Source: Eledone cirrhosa (lineage: Eukaryota). From it: DNA of 64,000 nucleotides. Each line of letters begins with the position of its first letter. Within the stretch, counting starts at the first letter, position 1. A model generated the notes under the pieces. That model ran no database searches, had not been told where the DNA came from, and saw nothing but the letters and a program-made list of their open reading frames with translations. Location: contig CAXHJY010000517.1 in the NCBI GenBank assembly GCA_964016885.1, forward strand, positions 124,001 to 188,000, written 5' to 3'. Shown here piece after piece: positions 30,199 to 42,999 of the stretch. The position numbers and the translations under genes are program-made.

Positions 30199-30230
<32 letters not shown>

Positions 30231-30435
30231 GCTATTTCCCTCCGTCCCTTTCTAGTATCCCCTTCCCAGTGTCCCCTTCCCTCCCACAGCTGCTACCCAG
30301 GCCCTACGGATACTAAACTAACTCCCTACCTGGGTGGTCTGACAGACACTCACCACTGATGTTTCCATAGAAACCTGACTTCTTTATTTTCATTGCTTAC
30401 AATGTTGAAAGATTTACAGTTTCTCTTCTACAAAT

Positions 30436-30814
30436 TACTACAACTACTACCGACACAACTACAACTACAACAACTACATCAACAACAACAACAATAACAG
30501 CAAATACAACTACAACTACAACAACAACAGCAAATACAACAACTACAACAGCAGCAACAACAACAATAGCAGCAAATACAACAACAACAACAACAACAAC
30601 AGCATCTACACAACAGCAACAAAAAAAATAATAGCCTACAACACCAGCAACAAAAACAGCAACATACATCAAATGCTACTACTACTACTACTACTACTAC
30701 TGGTACTACTACTACAACTACTACTACTACTACTACTACTGGTACTACTACTACAACTACTACTACTACTACTACTGCTACTACTACTACAGTTACTACT
30801 ACTACTACTACTGT

Positions 30815-30854
<40 letters not shown>

Positions 30855-31003
30855 GTTACTAATATTACTACTACTACTACTACTACTACTACTACCGTTA
30901 CTACTACTACTACTACTGTTACTACTACTGTTACTACTACTACTACTACTACTACTACTGTTACTACTACTACTACTACAACGGTTACTACTACTACAAC
31001 TGT

Positions 31004-31034
<31 letters not shown>

Positions 31035-31060
31035 GTTACTACTACTACTACTACTACTGT

Positions 31061-31094
<34 letters not shown>

Positions 31095-31162
31095 GTTACT
31101 ACTACTACTACTACTATTTTTACTACTACTACTACTACTACTACTATTACTACTACTACTGT

Positions 31163-31196
<34 letters not shown>

Positions 31197-31258
31197 GTTA
31201 CTACTACTACTACTACTACTACTACTGTTACTACTACTACTACTACTGTTACTACTGT

Positions 31259-31289
<31 letters not shown>

Positions 31290-31312
31290 GTTACTACTGT
31301 TACTACTACTGT

Positions 31313-31352
<40 letters not shown>

Positions 31353-31490
31353 GTTACTACTACTACTACATCAAATACAACAACGACAGCAACAAGAACA
31401 GCAACAAACAACAACAACAACAACAACAGCAACAGCATCAACAAACAACAAACAACAACAACAACAACAGCAACAGCATCAACAAACAAC

Positions 31491-31528
<38 letters not shown>

Positions 31529-31562
31529 GCAACAGCATCAACAAACAACAACAACAACAACA
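30436..31562. repeat. (CAA)n-(CTA)n-(CAA)n trinucleotide microsatellite complex
   Basis: Directly visible; poly-L and poly-V ORFs are artefacts. Confidence 0.97.
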
Positions 31563-31664
31563 GTTTGTTATAATATGCCCAGTGGAACGGTTTATTGTTA
31601 CAACAATTTCAGTGGCACATTGTGTTTTTATAGCATGCCCAGTGGCACAGTCGGTGACACAATC

Positions 31665-32025
31665 AGTGACACAGTTTGGTGTCACAACATGCCTCGTGAT
31701 ACAGTCATTGACATAGTTTGGTGTCACATGCTCCGTGATACAGTGAGAGTTACAGTTTGGTGTCACAACATGCTCCGTGATACAGTCATTGACATAGTTT
31801 GGTGTCACATGCTCCGTGATACAGTGAGAGTTACAGTTTGGTGTCACAACATGCTCCGTGATACAGTCATTGACATAGTTTGGTGTCACATGCTCCGTGA
31901 TACAGTGAGAGTTACAGTTTGGTGTCACAACATACTCCGTGATACAGTCATTGACATAGTTTGGTGTCACATGCTCCGTGATACAGTGAGAGTTACAGTT
32001 TGGTGTCACAACATGTTACGTGATG
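31665..32025. repeat. 81-bp dimeric minisatellite (two related ~40-bp subunits), ~4 copies
   Basis: Alternating CCGTGATACAGTCATTGACATAG and CCGTGATACAGTGAGAGTTACAG subunits; 27-aa period in the ORF track. Confidence 0.93.
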
Positions 32026-32225
32026 CAATCAGAGGCACAGTGTGATCAGTAGTCCTCAGATACGTTTACAACACTCCCAGGAAAGGGGTCTCTCTCTCTA
32101 AGTAATCGCTCGACCTGGTAAAAAGGACAGTCAATTCTCCTTTAAATAACTTTAAAATACTATGATGACATAGGGGATAACATCAATACAAATGAACTCT
32201 TCCTGAAAAAAGGAAGGGTGCCAGT

Positions 32226-32624
32226 ACGGTCACGTCCGAAACCCTTTCATCACAGGTTTGTTGATTCAGAGTTGAGCCAGGACGGTCAAGTCTGAAACCC
32301 TTTGATCATAGGTTTGTTTATTCAGAGCTGAGCTGGGACGGTCACGACTGAAAACCCTTTGATCATGGATTTGTTAATTCAGAGCTGAGCTGGGACGGTC
32401 ACGACTGAAAACCCTTTGATCATGGATTTGTTAATTCAGAGCTGAGCTGGAACGGTCAAGTCTGAAACCCTTTGATCATAGATTTGTTTATTCAGAGCTG
32501 AGCTGGGACGGTCAAGTCTGAAAACCCTTTGATCATAGATTTGTTAACTCAGAGCTGAGCTGGGACGGTCACGACTGAAAACCCTTTGATCATGGATTTG
32601 TTAATTCAGAGCTGAGCTGGGACG
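32226..32624. repeat. 57/58-bp minisatellite, 7 copies
   Basis: Unit ACGGTCACGACTGAAAACCCTTTGATCATGGATTTGTTAATTCAGAGCTGAGCTGGG, followed by a CAA-rich tail. Confidence 0.93.
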
Positions 32625-33170
32625 AAAGCAACAGCAACTACAAGTACAAGAAAAGTGTGGTCAATTGTATTGATAACTGCCCATACTGTCCACTCTCTCT
32701 TCTTTTAAGTAAATCTCTGTAACTGCATGGGGTGGAAATAACAGCTGCCCACATATCCAACCCCATTCTCCAAACTGTAAACAGCTGTATGACAAAAGTA
32801 CCACCTATCCACACTACTACACGCCATTCTCCAAACTGTAAACCCCAGTATGACAAGGGTAACACGTGTCCTCAGAATAGAAGACACTCTCTATCACAGG
32901 GTGGACAGTAGCAGAGTAGTAGCACCTGTTGCACCTGTCCACTCTGTCACATTCCATCCACCATTTAGTGAACCCCCCTGTATAATTGGCACAATTTTCT
33001 CCAAATAATTCCAATTTTTTCAATTTTCTTAATTCTTAAGTAATCCTTCTGTTAACAATTCTCAGCTAAATTAAAACCTCATTTAGTCTTTTTTTTTTCT
33101 ATTTTAAATTTAATTCATAGTTTTCATATTAAATTTCAATATTCTAATAATTTTGGCGCTTTTAAAATTA

Positions 33171-33201
<31 letters not shown>

Positions 33202-33450
33202 CTTCTTCTTCTTCTTGAGAGGGTCGTGGGAGCAGAGTCCTAAAACACTCCTTCCAGCAACCGTTTCTAATTGATCCAGTTGTTTAAAGTTATTTTTTTA
33301 TATATATTCTCCAGTCCCGGGGGAAGAGAGTTATAAGAGAGTCCCAGGGGTGTGTGTGTGTGAGAGTGAGAGAGAGAGAGAGAGAGAGGGGTGTAGGATG
33401 TTATTTAATTTGATGTGTCCAAAAGTTACTACGTCTCTTACATCCGTCTT

Positions 33451-33505
<55 letters not shown>

Positions 33506-33629
33506 CAATCAAACTAATCGTCCTCCCCCTCCATCCTCATATCTACGTGTCACCACCATTAGCTGTTCTTCATCCTTCATCCGCGTATTTGATTTATTTC
33601 GGGTTTATTTTATTGGTTTAATATATTTA

Positions 33630-35345
33630 TTGTAAGAAGCAACCGTCTCAAACTGATCCGGCTGAATCCCGTTGTGTGACCAACCAAACTCATGTATGTT
33701 ATCCAACCATCTTGCTCTAGGTCTACCACTGGGTCTCCTGACGGTTAGTTTTGCCCATAAAATCTGTTCAGCGATTCTTTTCTGAGACATTCTAACCACA
33801 TGCCCATAGTATCGGAGCTGAGCTGTGACCTCTCAATTCGGAGAAGTAGAAACTCTACCTGGAGTGACTCTTTGATCTCTGAGTTACGAGCTCAATCGAG
33901 TAACGTTACTCTAAGGAGGAACCCCATTTCGGCCGCTTGTATTCGCGATCGTATTCTTTCGGTCATTACCCAAGATTCATTACCATAGCAAGTCGTGGCA
34001 CGAATACAAATTGAAGATAGCGAGTTTTGCTTTTTTCACTTAACCCCTTTTTTCTGATTTCTGAATGATTTTAGCTGGCGCATTACTGCACCAGCTCATA
34101 CAATTCTTGCACTTAATTCAGCCCCATGCCTTCCATCATCGTGAACATGGCCCCGAGATACTTGAACTTCTCTACCTGCTTCAGTGGAACTCCATTCACA
34201 TGTAGAATGCACTGCAAAGGCTTTTGTCAGAGGATGAGTGTCTCAGTTTTCGCAGCACTGATTTTCATTCCAACCTTGCAACACTTGGTATCAAACCTAT
34301 CAATTGCAAGTCGAATATCACCTTCTCTCGATTTAAATAATACTATGTCATCTGCAAATTCCAGCCGACTGCCAGTCGTGATACCACTTCCAACCCGGCT
34401 GCGCATATCCATTCTGTTTATGAAAATAATGAACAAGAAAGGTGACAGTACATATACTTGGCGGACTCCGACTCCCACATTGAGTGGTTTCGATTTAGCA
34501 CTATTTATCCAAACACAAATATTCGGGCATTCGTATATAGACATCAGGGCAGCAAGAAGCTGACCATCGACCCCATACTCCTGCACAACCTTCCACACCA
34601 GGTCCCGAGGAACGCGGTCATATGCCTTTTCGAATATACCTGTTGGCAATGCTCCCACAATTTTTCGAAGACCTGCCACCGTGTGCATATTTGGTCGGCT
34701 GTGCTGTGTCCAGGGGCAAAAACTGCACTGTACATCAGCTAGCTTGGAGTCGACAATCTCCTGCATCTATTTGCCAGACACTAAGTATAGACTTTACCGA
34801 GGAGGCTTAACAAGATCCATAATTGGCACAATCTCTTTTGTCTCCCTTTTTGAAAATTGAGATTATCACTCTCGATTGCCATTGCTTAGATGCCTTTCCA
34901 GAGATCCAGGCCACCCGGCACACACGAGTCAGTCAGAGAATACTTTCTCTATTCAAGGCTTTTAACATCGTAGGCTGGATTTCTTTTCCCCCACCAGTCT
35001 TGCCACATTTAAGCTCTTTAATTGCTCTTGTGACCTCAACCTCTGAGAGATTAGTCATTGCTCCCAGGTGCACCTCGTGTACATCAGTAGCCACTGTTAT
35101 GATCGGGTTTAGGAGATCAGCAAAGTATTCTCTCCACCTCACGAGGATGCATCCCTCTGAAGAGAGGAGAACCCCAGACGTGTTCCTGATAGCAGGTGTG
35201 GAGGAGGACCTCTTATTACGAAGTTGGTGGATGGTCTGCCAGAACATTTTATTTGCTGATCTGAAGTCAGATTCCATCTTAACCCCAAAGTCCTCCTATT
35301 TCTTAACTTTGAGCGCCTTTACTGTCTCAGCTGAGATTTTTCGTG
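33630..35345 (-). mobile_element. Degenerate RTE-clade LINE fragment (RT domain and C-terminus)
   Basis: Minus-strand peptides RWREYFADLLN, EVEVTRAIKELKCGK, EKAYDRVPR, GVRQ..VLSPFLF, FADDIVL, KTE, RRPSGRPRARW spread over several frames. Confidence 0.9.
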
Positions 35346-35496
35346 TCTTCTTGTACAGCAATAAAATATTACGGTACTGTTAAACTCACAATATTGAGAA
35401 CAATGTATCTTTGATTGATCATAATCTATTTCTATAAAGTCAATACACAAATTCATATGATCGCCTTAAAACCTTTGAAGAAGCTGCTTCAATATG

Positions 35497-38400
35497 TCAA
35501 CCAGCCAAGTAGCCAAACAGCCAAGTAACCAACCAGCCAAGTAGCTAGTCAGCCAGGTAGTCAGCCAGCCAAGTAGCCAGCCAGCTAAGTAGCCAGCCAG
35601 CCAAGTAGCCAGCCAGCCAGCCAAATAGCCAGCCAGCCGAGTAGCAAACCAGCCAAGTAGCCAACCAACCAAATAGCCAACCGGCCAAGTAGTTAACTAG
35701 CCAAGCAGCCAACCAGCAAAGTAGCCATCCAGCTAAGTAGCAAACCAGCCAAGTAGCCAGCCGGCCAAGTAGCCAACCAGCCAAGTAGCAAACCAACCAA
35801 GTAGCAAACAAGCCAAGTATCCAGCCAAACATGTAGCCAGCCAGTCAAGTAGTCAACAAGACAAGTAGTCAACCAGCTAAGTAGCCAAACAGCCAAACAG
35901 CCAAGTAACCAAGTAGCCAACCAGCCAACAAGCCAACCGGCCAAGTAGCCAAAGAGCCAACCAGCCAAGTAGCCAGGCAGCTAAATGGCCAACCAGCTGA
36001 CAAGTCAACCAGCCAAGTAGCCAACCAGCCAACAAGCCAACCAACCAGCAAAGTAGCCAGCCAGCCAAGTTTCCAGCCAACCATGTAGCCAGCTAGTCAA
36101 GTAGTCAACCAGCTAAGTAGCCAAACAGCTAAACAGCCAAGTAACCAACCAGCCAAGTAGCCAACCAGTCAAATAGCCAACCAACAAGCCAACCAGCCAA
36201 GTAGCCAAAGAGCCAACCAGCCAAGTAGCCTGCCAACTAAATAGCCAACCAGTCGACAAGCCAACCAACCAAGTAGCCAACCAGCCAACAATCCAACCAG
36301 CCAAGTAGTCAACCAGACAAGTAGCTAACCAGCCAAAGAGCCAACCAGCCAAGTAGCCAACCAGCTAACAATCCAACCAGCCAAGTAGTCAACCAGGCAA
36401 GTAGCCAACAAGCCAACCAGCCAAGTAGCCAGACGGCCAAGTAGCCAACCAACCAAGTAGCAATCCATCCAAGTATCCAGCCAACCATGTAGCCAGCCAG
36501 TCAATTAGTCAACAAGATAAGTAGCAACCAGCTAAGTAGCCAAACAGCCAAACAGCCAAGTAACCAACCAGCCAAGTAGCCAGCCAGCCAAGTAGCCAAC
36601 CATCCAACAGGCCAACCAGCCAAGTAGCCAAAGAGCCAGCCAGCCAAGTAGCCAGCCAGCTAAATAGCCAACCAGTCGACAAGCCAACCAGCCAAGTAAC
36701 CTACCAGCTAACAAGCCAACCAGTCAAGTAGTCAACCAGGCAAGTAACGAACCAGCCAACGAGCCAACCAGCCAAGTAGCCAGCTAGCCAAGTAGCCAGC
36801 CAACCATGCAGCCAGCCAAGTAGTAAACAAGACAAGTAGTCAACCAGCGAAGTAGCCAGCCAGCCAAGTAGCCAACCAGCCAAAAAAGCCAACCAGCCAA
36901 GTAGCTAAAGAGCCAACCGGCCAGCCAGCCAAGTAGCCAGCCAGCTAAATAGCCAAATAGCCGACAAGCCAACCAACCAAGTAGCCAACAAGCCAACCAG
37001 CCAAGTAGCCAACCAGCCAAGTAGCAAACCAGCCAAGTATCCAGCCAACCATGTAGCCAGCCAGTCAAGTAGTCAACAAGATAAGTAGTCAACTAGCTAA
37101 GTAGCCAACCAGCCAAGTAGCCAAAGAGCCAACCAGCCAAGTAGCCTGCCAACTAAATAGCCAACCAGTCGACAAGCCAACCAACCAAGTAGCCAACCAG
37201 CCAACAATCCAACCAGCCAAGTAGTCAACCAGGCAAGTAGCTAACCAGCCAAAGAGCCAACCAGCCAAGTAGCCAACCAGCTAACAATCCAACCAGCCAA
37301 GTAGTCAACCAGGCAAGTAGCCAACAAGCCAACCAGCCAAGTAGCCAACAAGCCAACCAGCCAAGTAGCCAGACGGCCAAGTAGCCAACCAACCAAGTAG
37401 CAATCCAGCCAAGTATCCAGCCAACCATGTAGCCAGCCAGTCAATTAGTCAACAAGATAAGTAGCAACCAGCTAAGTAGCCAAACAGCCAAACAGCCAAG
37501 TAACCAACCAGCCAAGTAGCCAGCCAGCCAAGTAGCCAACCATCCAACAGGCCAACCAGCCAAGTAGCCAAAGAGCCAGCCAGCCAAGTAGCCAGCCAGC
37601 TAAATAGCCAACCAGTCGACAAGCCAACCAGCCAAGAAGCCAACCAGCCAACAAGCCAACCAGTCAAGTAGTCAACCAGGCAAGTAACGAACCAGCCAAC
37701 GAGCCGACCAGCCAAGTAGCCAGCTAGCCAAGTATCCAGCCAACCATGCAGCCAGCCAAGTAGTAAACAAGACAAGTAGTCAACCAGCGAAGTAGCCAGC
37801 CAGCCAAGTAGCCAACCAGCCAAAAAAGCCAACCAGCCAAGTAGCTAAAGAGCCAACCGGCCAGCCAGCCAAGTAGCCAGCCAGCCAAGTAGCCAGCCAG
37901 CTAAATAGCCAAATAGCCGACCAGCCAAGTAGCCAACAAGCCAACCAGCCAAGTAGCCAACCAGCCAAGTAGCAAACCAGCCAAGTATCCAGCCAACCAT
38001 GTAGCCAGCCAGTCAAGTAGTCAACAAGATAAGTAGTCAACTAGCTAAGTAGCCAAACAGCCAAGTAACCAACCATCCAAGTAGCCAGCCAGCCAAGTAT
38101 CCAACCAGCCAACAAGCCAACCAGCCAAGTAGCCAAAGGGCGAACCAGTCAACCAGCCAAGTAGCCAGCCAGCTAAATAGCCAACCAGTCGACAAGCCAA
38201 CCAGCCAAGTAGCCAACGAGCCAAAGAGCCAACCAGCCAAGTAGCCAGCCAGCCAAGTATCCAGCCAGCCATGTAGCCAGCCAGTCAAGTAGTCAGAAAG
38301 ACAAGTAGTCAACCAGCGAAGTAGCCAGCCAGCCAAGTAGCCAACCAGCCAAAAAAGCCAACCAACCAAGTAGCCAAAGAGCCAACAGCCAAGTAGCCAG

Positions 38401-38795
38401 CCAGCTAAATAGCCAACCAGCCGACAAGCCAACCAGCCAAGTAGCCAACAAGCCAACAAGCCAAGTAGTCAACCAGGCAAGTAGCCAACCAGCCAAAGAG
38501 CCAACCAAGTGGCCAGCCAGCTAAGTAGCCAGCCAGCCAAGTATCCAGGCAGCCAAGTAGCCCTCCGAGTAGCTAACCAGACAAGTAGCCAACCAGCCAA
38601 GTAGCCAGTCAGTCAAATAGCTAGAGAGCCAAGAAGCCAACCAGCCGAGTAGTCAGCTAGCCAAGTAGACAACCAGCCAAGTAAACAACCAGCAAAGTAG
38701 CCAACCAGCCAAGTAGATAGCCAACCAAGTAGCCACTATGCCAAATAGCTAACCAGCCAAGTACCCAACAAGCCAAGTAGCCTACGAGCCAACGA
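35497..38795. repeat. Compound (AGCC/AACC/AAGT) repeat, basic 16-mer CCAAGTAGCCAACCAG, with ~0.92-0.95 kb internal duplication
   Basis: Markers GTAGCCTGCC at 36225/37141 and AGACGGCCAA at 36431/37371. Confidence 0.95.
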
Positions 38796-39134
38796 AGAAG
38801 CTGGCTAACCAACGACTTAGCTTCAATCCAAACAAGGCTTACAGACAGTAATAGCAGCATAGTACCAGCTCAGTGTTGGCCGATCTTGCTAATCTAACAA
38901 AGTTATAATCTCCATTTTTTGTTCATTAGTCGATCCCTTCAGCTGTACCTACAGAAAATTGATATTTGATCCTTAAATACATTTCACAACATTTTTAGAA
39001 GTTGCTAGACGTTCTCTGCACTTTATTTATTTAGATTTCAGCGCCATATTTAATGCTATGTCGGAGACGGTAAATGGATTCACTATTTCTGCTTTAATCT
39101 TTATTTTGCATGCGTAAGAGCATGTAAGCCGTAC

Positions 39135-40027
39135 ACCTATATACATACCTACTTACATACATACCTTCATATATATATATATACATGTATGCATACATAT
39201 CTACCTACCTAAATACATACATACCTACATACATATATACCTAACTACATACATATATACATGCATTCATACATACCTACTTACCTAAACACATACATAC
39301 ATACAAACAAAAAAATTAGTGAAATTATAAAACCAGAAGAACATACATATATACATACGTACGTACATACATACATATAGACATATATACATACATATAC
39401 CTACCTGCACATGTATACCCACATGCACACATATATATTATGCATATAAACATGTATATATATATATACGAATAGATGTATATATACATATTTATATATA
39501 TATATATGTATATATATATATGTATATATATATATGTATATATATGTATATATATATATATATATATTTACATTTTATATGTACGTATATATATAAAAAC
39601 ATATATTAACACACGATTACATATTCTAATGTAAGAGTGTGAAAAAACATAAAACTGCAAATATAACAATGAGATGAAGTGAAGATAAATTACACATACA
39701 GATATCTAGATACACACACACATACACACACATACATAAACACACATACATACCCACACACACACATACGCACACACACACATACGCACAACAACAACAA
39801 AACATACAAATATATAGAGATAAACGCACACATGCAGACACAGACACACGTATAGAGTTAGACGCCCACATATATACAAATATATATTCACACACATGTA
39901 TATACGATATATACACACATAAATACTGATACACACACTTTACACATATCGGTCATGGAACACACTGAACTAAATATCAGAATACGAAAAAAATTGCGGA
40001 TAAAGATAATGTAGTGGTGAAATACAG

Positions 40028-40086
<59 letters not shown>

Positions 40087-40087
40087 C

Positions 40088-40163
<76 letters not shown>

Positions 40164-40185
40164 TGTGTAGTGGAGAGATACAGTG

Positions 40186-40222
<37 letters not shown>

Positions 40223-40317
40223 GAGAGAAAGAGAGAGAAAGAGAGAGAAAGAGAAAGAGAAAGTGAAAGAAAGAGAGAAAAAGAAAGAAAATGAGAGAAA
40301 TAAGAGCGAGCGAGAGC

Positions 40318-40384
<67 letters not shown>

Positions 40385-40420
40385 CGAAAGAAAGGGAGAG
40401 AGAGAGAGAGAGGGGAGGGG
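39135..40420. repeat. Microsatellite mosaic (TACA)n/(TA)n/(CA)n/(GA)n
   Basis: Directly visible. Confidence 0.9.
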
Positions 40421-40454
40421 GGACAATGTAGTGTAGAAAGTCATTAGTAGAGAA

Positions 40455-40778
40455 CTAGTAGAGATGGTTCATTGTTTGACTTGTTAAGAATCTCAAGGCA
40501 CACATCAATATGTCACTTTTTTTTTTTAATAGAATGTCGAGATAGTTTAGTCCCCATCGATATTTCCACAAATTTCTTCTACAGTTTCTGACATTTTGCT
40601 TGTTATTAGTTGCCCTGAAAGCTCATTATTTTGAACCGAAACTCGACAGCCATTGAAAAGCCCCTGATACTACAAAATTTCCGACATAACCACGACGAAA
40701 CATTTCTATCGTTTCGAAGATTTGCCGAGCTTCATGCAGAATTTCGTACAAGCATATTGCTTGAATTCATCAGCTATC
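40455..40778 (-). pseudogene. Tc1/mariner transposase N-terminal (HTH) relic
   Basis: Manual minus-strand translation across frameshifts: ADEFKQYACTKFCMKLGKS / ETIEMFRRGY / RVSVQNNELSGQLITSKMSETVEEI / DVCLEILNKSNNEPSLL. Matches the mariner pattern EQR.CIKFC.KLGK..ET..M..SV.DD.RSGRP.TS..VE.I as recalled. Confidence 0.7.
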
Positions 40779-40831
40779 GTTGTTCTGACAAAATATTACA
40801 AAACTATTACACATGTAATAATTGTGAAGAC

Positions 40832-40935
40832 GGGTGGTTAGAGAATTAGATTCGTAATCGTGAGGTTGCGAGTTCGCTTCCCGGGCCGGGTGAGGCGTTA
40901 TGTCTTTGAGCAAGACACTTTATTTCACCTTGCTT
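40832..40935 (+). mobile_element. 5' part of a tRNA-derived SINE (second family)
   Basis: GTGGTTAG A-box remnant, GAGTTCGCTTCCC B-box, then GTCTTTGAGCAAGACACTTTATTTCAC. Confidence 0.7.
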
Positions 40936-42999
40936 TTTCTGTCTGGAGCTGCAACCAGTAGATGGTTCCAGCAATGGAGAGACTAATGGAAACATTGTTT
41001 CCTTGGTCCAATTTCACGAGTTCCACTCCACTCGGTAAGAGAATAAGGTCTGGGATCTTGTCGTAGGCATGTATATACACATGTATATATATATATATAT
41101 AACCTATATATATAAAACAGAAGATGTCTGTCTGTCTGTCTGTGTAACCGCATGCATTTCTACATTTTACAACCGATTGGCACCAAATTTCATACATAGG
41201 TTTCTGAAGTCCTATTACGCGTCGTAGGCTACTGCGTACATCGATTGTTGGGCCCCCATGGGCAGATAATCCCCTTAAGCCTCTCGCTTGGAGTCAGCAG
41301 TACTACTGCATAAAGGCCCCATAATTCCTGCAGTTTGCCTCCCATCTTCACCAAAATTAATCTTTTGTTTGCTTATGGCCTACAAATAAATTTGCAGACA
41401 TGCACTTGCGCAGAAATTCAAGTAGGGGACCCCTTGGTGGGCAGTAAACCGACTTGATGAATGTTGAAGTTGATATCATCAATGCAACAAAACGTCATAA
41501 CTGCTTGAGTTGGTGTTTGGTTTTCACGAAGCGAGACGTATTGGTTACCCATGGCTTAAAAAGGAAGGAGAACACATGAACTTTTACTTGAATTTATCAA
41601 GGGGACCTCTGGGGAGGGGGGCGGTAAGTCCCTTCGACTTATCTATTGAAGTTCACATTAACACTGTATTAGTACCTGATAACTTTTGAAGTTTACGTTC
41701 GATTTTAACTTTACGGGACACATTGGTTACCCATTGCCTAAAGATGATGTTGAAGACACTGTCTATACCCGGAGCAAGCAAGGGGACCCCAGCGGGCAGT
41801 AAGCGAGTCATTTATTGAATTTGGCTATTGTAATGCATGCAGCAAAGCGTCATAGCTTCGATAATTGGTAGTCCAATAAAATGAATTTCGACTTAGTCGT
41901 TATTCATGTACTACAGATGAGGCATTTTTACTTTCATTTCAATTCAGCAAGAGGACCCCCTCGGGGACAATGAGCCCAATTCATTAACCTATAAAAATTC
42001 AAACTGCTACAATAAAAAAGTACCATAACCTCGGGAGTTTATACTTGATTCTTACAAAAACTAAACGAAATGGTTATTGCCTGCCATAAGATAAAGTACC
42101 ACACATTGGTTATCACTTGAATTTTGCAAGGGAACCACCTAGGAAGGGCAGTGAGCCCCTTTGGACCACTTTTAAAGTTCATATTATGGTCGCAGCAAAG
42201 CATTTCAACTTCTGGAAATAAAAGTCAATTTAAACGAAAGTTGACGCATCGGTTAGTCATGTCCTACAAATGGAGTAGCGAATTTTTAAATCCTCCTGAC
42301 TTAACTTTAGTTTGTTTAGTTAACTTTAGGATGATTGAATTTAATTTTGTACCCGGTTGTCTCCCCCGTGTAATTGCACCACAATTAAGTGCGGAATGGG
42401 GAATTAAATTGTTTTCCTTGACTTTGGCGTCATTTCACAATCCTAACCAAGAAAGCGTGATTTAACCCAGGTGTAAATTTTAACGCCTACTGTATGTGGA
42501 TTGTGCTATTTCACACTCATGCCTAAACTGTGCGGATGATTGATTAGTTTTTGCACCCGGTTGTCTCCCCCGTTTAATTGCACCTCAATTAAGTGCGAAA
42601 TGGCGACCTCTGGCCAACCACACATCAGTGAGTTGTCTTCAATAGATTTCATCACACGTATTTGTATTATCTAACCAATCAGACAACTCGAGTGTTGTTC
42701 ATTGAGCGAAATCACTCCTATTTATATCGGTCAAGTCCGACCTAGGATCACACTTCTTTTTGGGCTTTTGACAAGTGGTAGGTTTTTTTACATGCGTACT
42801 CTCATAAGCTACTCCATTATTCTGAAACGCATGCTTCTTCAACATTTGTCACCTTAAAGGAGGTTTAGTTAATGTGTCATAAGGTTTCAGTTTATCATGC
42901 TGTGATTTTTCGGCCATGTTTGCCTGTATCCTTTCAATGGTTAATACTTCCCTATTGCTATGTTCGATAATTTTCTAAAAAGAAAAGAACTTTCATTGG

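Noticed and set aside
30397-31716. Poly-Leu, poly-Val and poly-Gln ORFs
   Set aside because: Trinucleotide microsatellite artefacts.
32640-33260. Possible 5' end/ORF1 of a CR1/L2-type LINE on minus (Cys-containing 68-aa ORF)
   Set aside because: Only a vague resemblance; no diagnostic motif I can support.
35466-38860. Many W/L/G/A-rich membrane-like ORFs
   Set aside because: Products of the tetramer-based repeat, appearing in all minus frames.
38880-39070. Possible pogo/Tigger HTH relic (TNEQKMEIITLL on minus)
   Set aside because: Match too short and surrounded by stops; no TIR found.
40936-41070. Protein-like minus frame YDKIPDLILLPSGVELVKLDQGNNVSISLSIAGTIYWLQLQTEK as an exon
   Set aside because: No convincing acceptor, the donor would fall inside a SINE, and the phase does not match the 52916 candidate.
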